Positions 46,282 to 57,995 of a DNA stretch of 64,000 nt are shown in pieces. The notes below the pieces were generated by a model. The model saw only the letters and a program-made list of their open reading frames with translations. It did not search any database and was not told the DNA's origin. A program made the position numbers and the translations under genes. The stretch is from the human T2T-CHM13v2.0 reference genome, Homo sapiens: NCBI RefSeq assembly GCF_009914755.1, contig NC_060938.1; one strand, written 5' to 3'. Each line of letters opens with the position of its first letter. Positions within the stretch are counted from its first letter, which is position 1.

Positions 46282-47317
46282 TTCCTAGAATTTTCCATGG
46301 CAGTAATGCATGCATAAATAATGTGTAAGAAACAACATATGCACCATAATAAATATAATTGACATATAGTAGATATAGCAAATACATATTTGACATGTAG
46401 CTGATAGGATGCTGGCTATTCCCATCAAGTGAACCATTTCCATAAGCTCTCTTCACTCTTTTTCATTCTTTTTTCTTCTCAAACCGAATATTTTCAAATG
46501 ACCCATCTTCAAGTTCACAGATTCTCTCTTCTTCCTGACCAAATATGCAGTTGAATTCTCTATTGCATTTTTCACTGTGTTCATTGTATTCTTAAGCTCC
46601 AGAATTCCTGTTTGGTTCTTTTTTGTGACTTTATTTATTGAACTTCTTATTTTGTTCACGTATTACTTTTCTGATGTCTCTGAGTTCTGTGTGTGTGTAT
46701 CTATATATATATTATATATTATATATAATTATATATAACATAATATATTTATTATAATATATAATATATATATACACACATATACATAATATATAATATA
46801 TAATATACTATATATTATATATCATATATCATATATTATATATTATATATAATATAATACATATATTATAGTATATCATATATATATAATATATATATAC
46901 ACACACACACACAACTCGGAGACATCAGAAAAGTAATACGTGAACAAAATAAGAAGTTCAATAAATAAAGTCACAAAAAAGAACCAAACAGGAATTCTGG
47001 AGCTTAAGAATACAATGAACACAGTGAAAAATGCAATAGAGAATTCAACTGCATATTTGCTCAGGAAGAAGAGAGAATCTGTGAACTTGAAGATGGGTCA
47101 TTTGAAAATATTCGGTTTGAGGAGAAAAAAGAATGAAAAAGAGTGAAGAGAGCTTATGGAAATGGTTCACTTGATGGGAATAGCCAGCAGGCTATCAGCT
47201 ACATGTCAAATATGTATTTGCTATATCTACTATATGTCGATTATATTTATTATGGTGCATATGTTGTTTCTTACACATTATTTATGCATGCATTACTGCC
47301 ATGGAAAATTCTAGGAA
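46282..47317. repeat. Long near-perfect inverted duplication: 405-bp arms (46282-46686 and 46913-47317), 226-bp TA/CA-rich spacer
   Basis: Manual base-by-base comparison finds 6 mismatches and no indels. Mirrored ORF pairs appear in the ORF track. The inner ~245 bp of each arm is an L1 ORF1-like fragment (KKNQTGILELKNTM). Confidence 0.97.
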
Positions 47318-47445
47318 TATATTCTATATAATAATATATATTCTAGGAATATATTCTATATAATAATATATTCTAGGAATATATAATATTCCTATATATT
47401 CTAGGAATATATATATATATTCTATATATATTCTAGGAATATATT
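47309..47445. repeat. AT-rich tandem repeat, about 30-bp period, core TTCTAGGAATAT, 5 copies
   Basis: Core at 47309, 47341, 47371, 47399 and 47431. Confidence 0.9.
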
Positions 47446-47537
47446 ATATATATTATATATATATAATGGACATATATATACACATACATACATATACATA
47501 TAATAGCCATAAATATAAATATAAATATATATATATA

Positions 47538-48015
47538 TGGCTATTACTCAAACTGGAAAAGCATGGAATCTTGCCATTTGTGAAAACGTAGAATGAACCT
47601 TGAGGACATTGAGCTAAGTGAAATAAGCCAGATGAATAAAGACTAATACTGCTTGATCTCACCTATATGTGGAATCTATAAAACTCAAACCCATAGAAAC
47701 AGGGTAAAGGGTGGCTACCAGGAGCTGGGGGGGGGGGGGGGGGTGGAAGAAATGGGGAGATGTTTGTCAAAAGATACACACTTGCAGTTATAAAATGAAT
47801 AAGTTCTAGAGACCTAATGTGCACCTTGTTGACTGTAATTAATAATAACTGTCACGACACACACAGAGAACAAAGGTAACTGTGTGAGATGATAGATATG
47901 TTAATTAGCTTGCTTTTGGTAGTCATTCACATATATATCAAATTCTCACATTGCACACTTTGAATACATATAATTTTTGTCAATTATACCTCAATAAAGC
48001 AGAAAAATAAAAAAT
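47538..48015 (+). mobile_element. L1MA-type 3' end with a G17 run
   Basis: GAACCTTGAGGACATTGAGCTAAGTGAAATAAGCCAG ... AATTATACCTCAATAAAGC plus A-rich tail. Confidence 0.8.
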
Positions 48016-48545
48016 AATTTTCTAACATAAAAATTTCAAAAGGTTCTAAAACCATTAAGTATGAAAAAGATAAATTAAAATCATAATAAAATACCAATAC
48101 ACACATCACAGTGGCTAATATGTAAAAGGATGACAATGTATCAAGTCTTGAAGAACATGTAGAACATCCAAAACCCTCGGGTATCCCAGTAGAAATGTCA
48201 AATAGCATACCACTACTCAAAACTCTTTGGTAATTTTCAATAAAACTAAACATCAACCAACACTATAACCCATCAAACCACGTCTTAGGTATATACACTA
48301 AAGAAGTGTGTAGATATGTTATTAAAAAGATATATACAAGAATTTCACAACATTTTTGTTAATAACAGCCAAAAATTAGAAGCAACCCTAATGTCTATCA
48401 GTCATATAATGAACATATAACCCCATTATATTTACAAATTAAATGCTATACACACCGTATGATTCCACTTATATGAAGATCCATGTCAAAATAATGGTTA
48501 CAGGAAACAACCTAAATGCTTACCAAATAATGAATCGGTAAATAA

Positions 48546-48890
<345 letters not shown>

Positions 48891-49932
48891 AAGAATATTC
48901 TTTAGATATAAAAATATAAAGTACTGATTCATGCCACAATATGGATGAACTTTGGAAACAGGTCAAGTGAAGGAATCCAGTAACAAAAGACCACATATTA
49001 TATGATTCCACTTATATGAAATGAGAAGAATAAACAAATCCATAGACACAGAAAATAGAACAGTGGTTGTCAGGGGTGCAGGGGAGGTTGAAATAGAAAG
49101 TAACTGCTTATGGGAATGGGAATTCTTTGGGGGATGATGAAAATGTTCTGGAATTAGATAGTGGTGATTGTTGCATAACCTTGTGGAAATACTAAAAACT
49201 ACTAAATTGTACATTTTTAAATAATGAATTTTATAATATGTGAATTATATCTCAATTTTTAAAATACTGGCTACTTCAGGGAAAAGAGAAGTAATTGCCT
49301 GAACAAGGCATGGAGGAGGCTTCAGAGGACATAAAAATACTTTTTAAAATCTTGATCCTAGTAGCAGTTACATGGTATATACATATGCAAAAATTTATTA
49401 ATCTGCATACTTATGACTTGAACACTTTACATGTGTGCACGTGTATATACCTTTCTATGATAAAATACATGAAAAATTATTACTGTTACTTTCTCCAACC
49501 ACTAAAAATATTGACTTTAGGCAAATTTGATCAAAATTAATTTGCACTATCTGTAGAGAAGAACATCTCATGAGCCATAAGTACTTCGTTTCATTTAACA
49601 ACTACATGGGCCTGGTATAGAGTGTCTACTATATGGGGGACATGTATAGGAGGTTGCATTTAAAAATGGCTCCAAAAAGTTTCCACATGCAGGTTACTTG
49701 CTTATCTCACTAGGAAGACAAGACAAATCATTGGCATTTTGCAACAGGAAGCCAGCTTCAGGGGAAAATATAGGCAGCAGCTCTGAGGGGGGTATATAAA
49801 AGGAATGCTTGGGGAACAATGAGTTGGTTTACATAGGCCAAAGCAAAGTGAAACTAATCAATTATGCAATTATTTAATTAACTTTATGAATTGTGAAACC
49901 TCTATCTTCATGTGGTTAATTCAGCTTTTCTT

Positions 49933-50836
49933 TATTTTTTTGTCATTCCATTAAGTAATTTATTTTGTTATATACTTTTTTTTTTTTTGAGATGGAGTCT
50001 CACTCTGTCACCCAGGCTGGAGTGCAGTGGGGGTTTGTTGTACAGATTATTTCATCAGCCAGGTATTAAGCCTAATACCCATTAGTTATTTTTCCTGATC
50101 CTCTCCCTTCACCCACCCTCCATCTTCCACTAGGCCTCAGTGTGTGGTGTTCACCTCTATGTGTCCATGTGTGCTCATCATTTAGCTCTCCCTTATAAGT
50201 GAGAACATGCAGTATTTGGTTTTCTGTTTCTGCCTTAGTTTGCTCAGGATAATGGCCTTGAGCTCCATCTATGTCCTTGAAAACGACATGATCTCATTCT
50301 TTTTTATGGTTGCATAGTATTTCATGGTGCATATGTACCACATTTTCTTTATTCAATCTATCATTGATGGCTATTTACATTGATTCCATGTCTTTGCTAT
50401 TGTGAATAGTGACAATGAACATATACATGCATGTGTCTTCCTAATAGAATGATTTATATTCTTTGGGGTGTATACCCAGTAATAGGATTACTGGGTCAAA
50501 TTTATATTCTTTGGGGCATATATGCAGTAATGGGATTACTGGGTCAAATGGTATTTCTGTTTTTAGGTCTTTGAGGAATCACCACACTGTCTTCCATGAT
50601 GGTTGAACTAATTTACACTCCCACCAACAGTGTATAAGAGTTCCTTTCTCTCCACAACCTCACCAGCATCTATTACTTTTTGACTTTTTAATAATAGCCA
50701 TTCTGACTGCTGTGAGATGGTATCTTGTTAAATTTGCAAGAAAAAAAAAACCCTTAAAAAAGCGGGCAAAGGACATGAAAAGACACTTTTCAAAAGATGA
50801 CATATGTGCAGCCAACAATCATATGGGAAAAAAAAA
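49933..50836 (-). mobile_element. L1PA-type 3' insertion with 5' inversion; its 3' tip is replaced by a ~40-bp Alu 3' fragment
   Basis: Alu tail 49976-50030; L1 on minus strand 50031-50725; L1 on plus strand about 50730-50840; flanking repeat AGCTTTTCTT (49923-49932 and 50837-50846). Confidence 0.8.
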
Positions 50837-51599
50837 AGCTTTTCTTAAATAACAGGTACATGATAATGATTTCTATAATTAAATATAGGGTACATTATCT
50901 TAACTAACTTTGTATCAATGCTATTGATAAGACTTGAAAACAGAACAGTAAACACTGCTAGTTGTTTACTTAGTAATATATGTGCTATCATAGTAATTAA
51001 AATGCTAGGAACCAAAAATTAGCAAACTTTTCTTATTTGCATGAGCCCATTTTGTAAACACAGGGGAAATATATTTTTTTAACTTTAAGAAATGCCTTTA
51101 AAGCTCATCAGTATTCTACATGTTAGACATCAAACTATCATCTTTTTGAAAGAGCATATTATGCTCACATTATTTAAAGGGGCTTTAGGGCAATAAGCCC
51201 TAACTTGAATTTTAGTTTATGTATTATTTACATTGCTGTCTGTCACCAATGTCTTCAGAGCTGAAAACCTTGACATGTCAGTAATATTATTTATTCAGAC
51301 ATAATTTTCATTATCCATAAAAATAGCCATGAATATCAGAATAAGTAAAAATATCCATGAGTAGCAAAAAAGCTGTCACAGAGTATACAGATTTCATATG
51401 TAAAAGAGACCCTCAAGCATCTCTTAAAGCCTCGAATAATTCTATCCGTCTCAAATCCTGCAAACATGATCTACTTTGTGCCCATGGCAGATCGAAGACA
51501 GCAAATTGATAAAAATGTTCCTGGAGGTGAATGTACTGATGGTAAGGAAAAACCATAGACCACAGCCTAATGCCAAAGAAATATTCAAAAAGCTAAAGC

Positions 51600-52400
51600 A
51601 TAATAATGAACATGTGGAAACCAAAGTTAAAAACACAATAACATTTTCAATGTGTCCACAGAAAATGAAATACTTAGGTATAAATGTAATAAAATATGGA
51701 CAAGAGCTGTATCCTAAAAATTACATTTGATGAAATTGATGAAAGAAATCAAGGAATTTGTGGAGAGATATACCATGTTAATAAATTGGAAGGCCTAAAA
51801 CAGTAAATATGTGAATTGTCCCTAAATTAACCTTTACATTTATGCAACTCTTATAAAAATCCCAGAAAATTTTCTTTGTAGATATTGATAAGCTTATTCT
51901 AAAATTCATACATTAAGGCACTACACCTAGAAGACCTAAGACCACTGAAAAACGATTAAGGAGGAGAAATCACTCTATCCAATGTTAGGCATACCTTATA
52001 GCTATAGTAATTAAGACAGCGTGATGTTGGCAGAGGGACAGACACATAGATCGATGGAACAGGATAGAAAACCCAGAAATATACGAACACAGATATGCTC
52101 AACTAAGTTTTTACCAAGGAGCAAAAGCATTTTAACAGAGGAAAGATAGTATTTCAACCAACTGTGCTGGAGAAATTAGACATCATCTAGCAAAAAGCAA
52201 ACAATCAAAAAAGCTTAACCTCAACCTAACCCTCAAACCTTACATACACATTTTCAAAAATGTATCAGGACTTAAGTGTACTACGTAAAATGAAAAAAAA
52301 AAAAGCTTTTTAGAAAAAGAGAAGAAAATATTTAGGACCAGGGCCAGTTAGAGTCCTAAACCTTGACACCAAATGTACAATCCATAAAATGAATTTTATC
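51600..52400 (+). mobile_element. Old L1M ORF2 fragment
   Basis: KMKYLGIN motif in ORF 51476-51730; GACACATAGATCGATGGAACAGGATAGAAAACCCAGAAAT. Confidence 0.75.
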
Positions 52401-54234
52401 GATCATTTTCATAGATAGAGTAGGTACACACATTAAAAGAAATAAAAAAGAACACCAAAAATTTAATCCTTTAAAAAACCATACAGTGCAAATACTATTA
52501 TCTCTATTTCACAAAGGTTAATAACACATCCATGGTCTGGGTGAATTTAAAGTCCTCTTTCTCTTTCTATAACAGCATTCCTTCTGGATACCGAAATAAT
52601 AAACAGAAATTTATTCTAGGTCCAGTTGTAATGGTTGGAGGTGTACCTGACTGTAGAATCCTGGTCTAATTCAGCATGCTCTCCAGTATGGTTCTCACAA
52701 CTCCACCTGGCTCTTTTGGAAACATTTCCTGAAACACCCTCAAATTGTGACCCTGGACTCCTCTGTGGAGTCCACCCTATCCTACAACACTTCTATCAAT
52801 TTATAGCAACATGTCCACCTGTCCCTTGTTCCAACTTTTCTAACCTTTTGATATTATTTCTGTTCCTTGAATTGACCATTGATCTTATCCTACTCACTTC
52901 CATAATAAGTATAATCATTTTCTGCACTTAGATTATCCCTTTTCAAAAGTCAAAATTTTTCTGTTTCAGAGTAATTGAATCAGAAAGCTCATACGTTGCC
53001 CTGATATGAGGTACAGATTGTCATGCTACACCTTATTAGAACACTGAGAGATTGGGGGTATGAGTAATGGAGTCATGGTGAAATTAATACCTCTAAACAC
53101 CCAGCAGTCAAATTCATGCACAGTCTCTGTTAGCAGCAGTTCATTAACTTAATTATGATCCCCAAACCACTGGCCATCCTCAACACTTCCACACTATCCA
53201 TTTAACCCCTCCTGTCTTCACTTTTTGAAAGGCCAGCAGAAATTCCTATTGGTCATTATTATAAACACTTCAGATTATTCTTTCTCCATCATGTCATCTC
53301 TGATTTACTCCTTTCTGGCTAGATAACATCACATAATTCTGCTGAATGGTTTTGCTTTAAAATGATGAGTATAATCTTAAAATTGGCATTCATCATTATC
53401 TAGAATTACTATTATATTTCTCTGACATTTATGCATCCCTGCTTGTCAATATGACTATTTCATACGTTTTCCCCTTTCTTCAATCGTCCCCTAAATCTAC
53501 TCATTATTTCCTCTTATTTGTTATTTAAAAACAATAGAAGCTGGCTTTCTTTCAGCTTAATGATCTGCCTTGCAGCAAACGAATCTTTCTATGCAGAGCA
53601 ACTATAAACCTTGATAAAACACAAAAAGCAAAGAAAAAAACTTAAAAAAAATCTGAAAACATCAAACATACAGAAAAACATCCAGGATTTAACCAATCCC
53701 AGAGAGAAAAAAAAATTCACCAAGATGAGCCCCAAATTCTGTTTCATTGTTTCCCTATAGACTATATTTACTAATTTATAAGTGATGCAGACATAGTTTC
53801 AGATGCTGAGCAAAAATTTCAGCAGTTCAGGGCTACCAAGACAACCAATGCTTGAGATTCCAAGATTTTCAAGAAAAAGAAACCACAGAGACATGAGCAA
53901 GAGTCTGAATACTTTTCCCCTAAAGGCGTTCACTCATTCTTAAGCACCACAGGTCAAAACGTGGTAAAACTAAGCAGTTTATGGAAATCTTACTGTGCTG
54001 AAAATACAAAGTTTGGAGTTCAGGGCCTACAAGGTAAGAGGAGCATTAGTAAACAAAGTTTTAGCTGGGATTCCTGAAATATTACATGCAAAATAGAATA
54101 CTTCAGTACTTCAAAAAACGCTTTTTTTTTACTTTAGCAATAAAAGTTTTATATATTGAAACATTTTTCACCTTAAAAAGAACATGCTTAATTTAAAAGT
54201 CCACAATTGTGAAGATTTATTTTTTATGATTATT

Positions 54235-55072
54235 ACTTTATTCTTTTCTACTTTTATTTTACATTCAGGGGTACACATGCTGTTTTATTACTTGGGTATA
54301 TTGTGTGATGCTGAAGTTCAGTAAACGAATGATCTTGTCACCCAGGTACTGAGCACACTATCCAATAGTTAGTTTTTCAACCATTGTCCTTCTCCCTCCC
54401 TGTCTCCTCTAGTAGTCCCCAGTCTATTGTTGCCATCTTTACGTCCATGAGTACCCAATCTTTTGTTTCCACTTATAAGTGGAAACACCTCTGGTTTTCT
54501 GTGTTAATTCACCTAGGATAATGGCCTCCAGCTGCATCCATGTTACTGCAAAGGACACGATTTCATTGTTTTTTTTATGGCTGTATGGTTTCCCATGGTG
54601 TATATGTATCACATTTTCTTTAATCCACCATTGATGGGCACTTAGGTTGATCCCATGTCTTTGCTATTGTGAACAGCACTGCAATGAACATATGGGTGTA
54701 CGTGTCTTTTCAGTAGAACGATTTGTTTTCTTTTGCATATATACCTAGTAATTGAAATTGCTGGATGGAATGGTAGTTCTGTTTTAAGTCCTTTGAGAAA
54801 TCTCCAAACTCCTTTCTACAGTGGTTGAACTAATTTACGTTCCCACCAACAGTATGGAAATCTTACTGTGCATATATGTATATATGTGTTTCCTGTTCTA
54901 CGAAGCCTTGCCAGCATCTGTTGTTTTTGACTTTTTAATTATAGCCATTCTGACTGATGTGAAATGGTATATCATTGTGGTTTTGATTTGCATTTCTCTG
55001 ATGATAAGGGATGTGGAGTATTTTTTTCATATTTTTTTTTGACCACTTGTATGCCTTCTTTTGAGAAATCTC
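54235..55072 (-). mobile_element. L1PA15/16-like 3' fragment
   Basis: TTTTATTTTACATTCAGGGGTACACATG ... CCTTCTTTTGAGAA. Confidence 0.8.
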
Positions 55073-56007
55073 TTACTACATTAAACTAACCGACACCTAG
55101 TCTAATTTCCTTCCAGAAGACAAAGAAAAATCTCTCTGGAGAAAGGTGACTTCATCAAGAGTCACATCACTTTTTCATATTCAGCATCTAATAAAAATTT
55201 AACAGGCAAACTAAGACAGGACCAAGAGAAAAAATAGGCAATACAAACACATCCATAGGTGATTAACATATTGAACTTGTCAGATTATTGCTTTTTAAAA
55301 TATAGTCTATATATTTCCAGATGGAAAGGTTTCTCTTTCTTTCTTCATTCATTCATTCTTCCTTTCTTTTTTCTTTCTGTCTCTTTGTTCCTTTCTTTCT
55401 TTCTCTCTTACTTTGTCTCTCTTGCTTTTATCCTTCATTCTCTTGCTCCTTCCCTTACTTCCTCCCTCCTGCCTTCCTGTTTCCCTTTTTTCTACTATAA
55501 TGAGAGAACATGCTTTCATTTGTTCTGCCTAATTGAAATTTTTGAGGTTCTCGTTGTGATCAAATATACAGTTTAAAATTTCCATATTTATTTGAAAGGA
55601 ACTTTATATTCTATATTATCAGAGTGCAAATTTAGGTATCTATCAATAAGCTGTAGCTTACTGACTTTAATGTTTAAGTTACCTACATCCATTCTTATTT
55701 TTGTGTACCTGACTGAAAGTGATGTCTTAAAGTATTATATTATATGGACTTAAAGTGGACTGAAAATGCTGTGTTAAAGTGTCGTATTATTTTTGTGCTA
55801 TTTAAACTCTTCTTTCATCTATATTTTCTATTTTATGAAATTACAGCTATGTTATTTGTCACATATATATTAACTCCTATAGCTTCATTGTGAATCATGT
55901 TCTTTATGCAGCCAAATGCATTTTGCCAAATTTCCTTATTTATTTCATTTGCCTGGTATACCTTTACCCATCTCTTTATGTTTGGCTTTTATTATTGTTG
56001 AGATTTT

Positions 56008-56030
56008 GTGTGTGTGTGTGTGCGTGCGTG

Positions 56031-56069
<39 letters not shown>
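56008..56069. repeat. (TG)n microsatellite, interrupted
   Basis: Directly visible. Confidence 0.95.
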
Positions 56070-56070
<1 letters not shown>

Positions 56071-56505
56071 AGCATTTTCAAGGATTTTCCTTTGTAAGCC
56101 AATCTAAAAATATTTTTCTTCTAATAGGTGAGTTAAGCATAACTGGTAGGTTAGGGCTAAGCTCTATCTTATATTTACTATGTTAGCATATAAATATGTA
56201 TCTTTATAATATAGTTTTTTGTTCTGTTTTTTACTTTAAAAGATGTATATTGTAATGTATTTATTTTGATATTTAAAACTTTTGTATTAAAACTTACCTA
56301 CATATAACCCTTAATCTTTTTTCCTTACTAATGATATCTGTAAGATCAAGTTGATTTTCCTTCTAGTATTCATGTGGTTATCTCTTTTCTCTCCCTATTT
56401 TGGTAATTTTGTTGCATCTATTTTATCAGAGCATTTATAGTTACTTTCATCATATGTATTTTACTTTACTATTTTTTCTGTATTTTATAAAAATTTTTCA
56501 TGTTT

Positions 56506-57818
56506 AAGGAATTTAAACATGAAACGACTTCATGAATCAGAAGTTTTAAAAAATCAGTGTAGAAATAGAAATATAGGGGGTGATCAAGATCAAAAGATAC
56601 ATGAAAGGAGAAAAGAAAAATAATCTTATAAATGAAGACTAACTTACAAGGTGCCCACACTATATCTTCTATTATGTAAGGAGCACAAGAATAAATATAG
56701 AAGAGTAAATGAAAAGATTCAAAAAACTTAATGCAACTAAAACATAAAAAGTTGTATAAAAGGAACAAAAATGTAATAAAGAAGACAGGTGTAAAGGCAT
56801 TTAAAGACAGGTGTTTATATTTGCAAACAAATATATTCAGTGCTTACCAACAGTCTCTAGCAATGTTTCCCCAATAATATCTTGGCTGTTTCATTCTTTT
56901 ACTTTGCTACCCAAAGTACGGTTTGTGAGCCAGGAGCATTGGCATCACCTTGCCTTGGTGCTTGTTAGAAACACAGATTCTTCACTCACATCTCTAGACT
57001 AATAATCTCCATTTTTAACAAAGTCTGCTTGCAATTCCCATGTGTATTAACATTTGAAAGCACTGTCATAACAGAATCATCGAAGTAAGTCTCTGAATAC
57101 AATATTCCCTGAGATCATTAATATTTTTCTATTTTCTGTAAACTTTATTCATAAAGGACAGCTTGCTGAAATATAAAATTCTTAACTCACACATTTTTCT
57201 TGAGGATCTAAAAAATGTTGCTCTATTGTTGTTTTGTTGTATATATTACTATCAAGAAGTCTGTTGTCAACTTTGTCATTTTACTCTGTAAGTGACCAGG
57301 TTTTTTGTCTGATTTTATGATACTTTAAAATCAAATTGTTCTTGTAGAATATACTTTGAAGTTGATTACAACAGGTCAATTTTCCCAGGTATACAATGGG
57401 CCAGATATGTAGCTTTGGGTTTTTGTTTGTTTGTTTCAGTGATGCTTTCCTGAATTATAGTTTAGAAGTTAGTTCTGTTTTATTTCATGTTTTGATGGGC
57501 ACCAACTATACACATATTGGATCTTTACACATGTCTTCTCTATTACATGTTTGCACCCTTCATACCTCTTTTTATGTTTTAGTTCCATTAATTTTTTTGA
57601 ATTGCTTCATTTACTCCTCTATATTTGTTCTTATGTCCCTTACATAATATGAGACAAAATGTGGGCACCTTATAAATGAAGTCAGTCTTCATTTATAAGA
57701 TTATTTTTCTTCTTTTGTTCATTTATCTTCTGACCTTGATCAGCCCCTATATTTCTATTTCTATACTGATTTTTTTGGATTTCTGACTCATGAAGTATTT
57801 TAATATTTTAAATTCCTT
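56506..57818. repeat. Older inverted duplication: ~290-bp arms (56506-56796 and 57523-57818), ~730-bp spacer
   Basis: Colinear reverse-complement match, roughly 80% by eye; for example AGAAATAGAAATATAGGGG and AGAAAAATAATCTTATAAATGAAGACT are shared exactly. Confidence 0.85.
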
Positions 57819-57995
57819 GTTTTTCTATATTTAATTTAATCTGTGTATTATATTAGTGTTTTGCATTATAGCTCTTTGTGGGAGATAGGCTTTCAGGTTG
57901 AAAAGTCTGATTTTTATTACCTGATTTCTTTTCTAGAATCATTATGTGAATTATTTCTATTTATGCTTACATTTTTCTTAACTAGCAATAGTTGC

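Noticed and set aside
46256-47331. Mirrored ORF pairs (68 aa and 62-66 aa) as a duplicated gene
   Set aside because: They are a by-product of the inverted duplication. The 68-aa ORF is a decayed L1 ORF1 fragment with no gene structure.
47727-47743. G17 homopolymer as a functional G-quadruplex
   Set aside because: It is an expansion of the G-rich tract normally found in L1 3' UTRs, with no other support.
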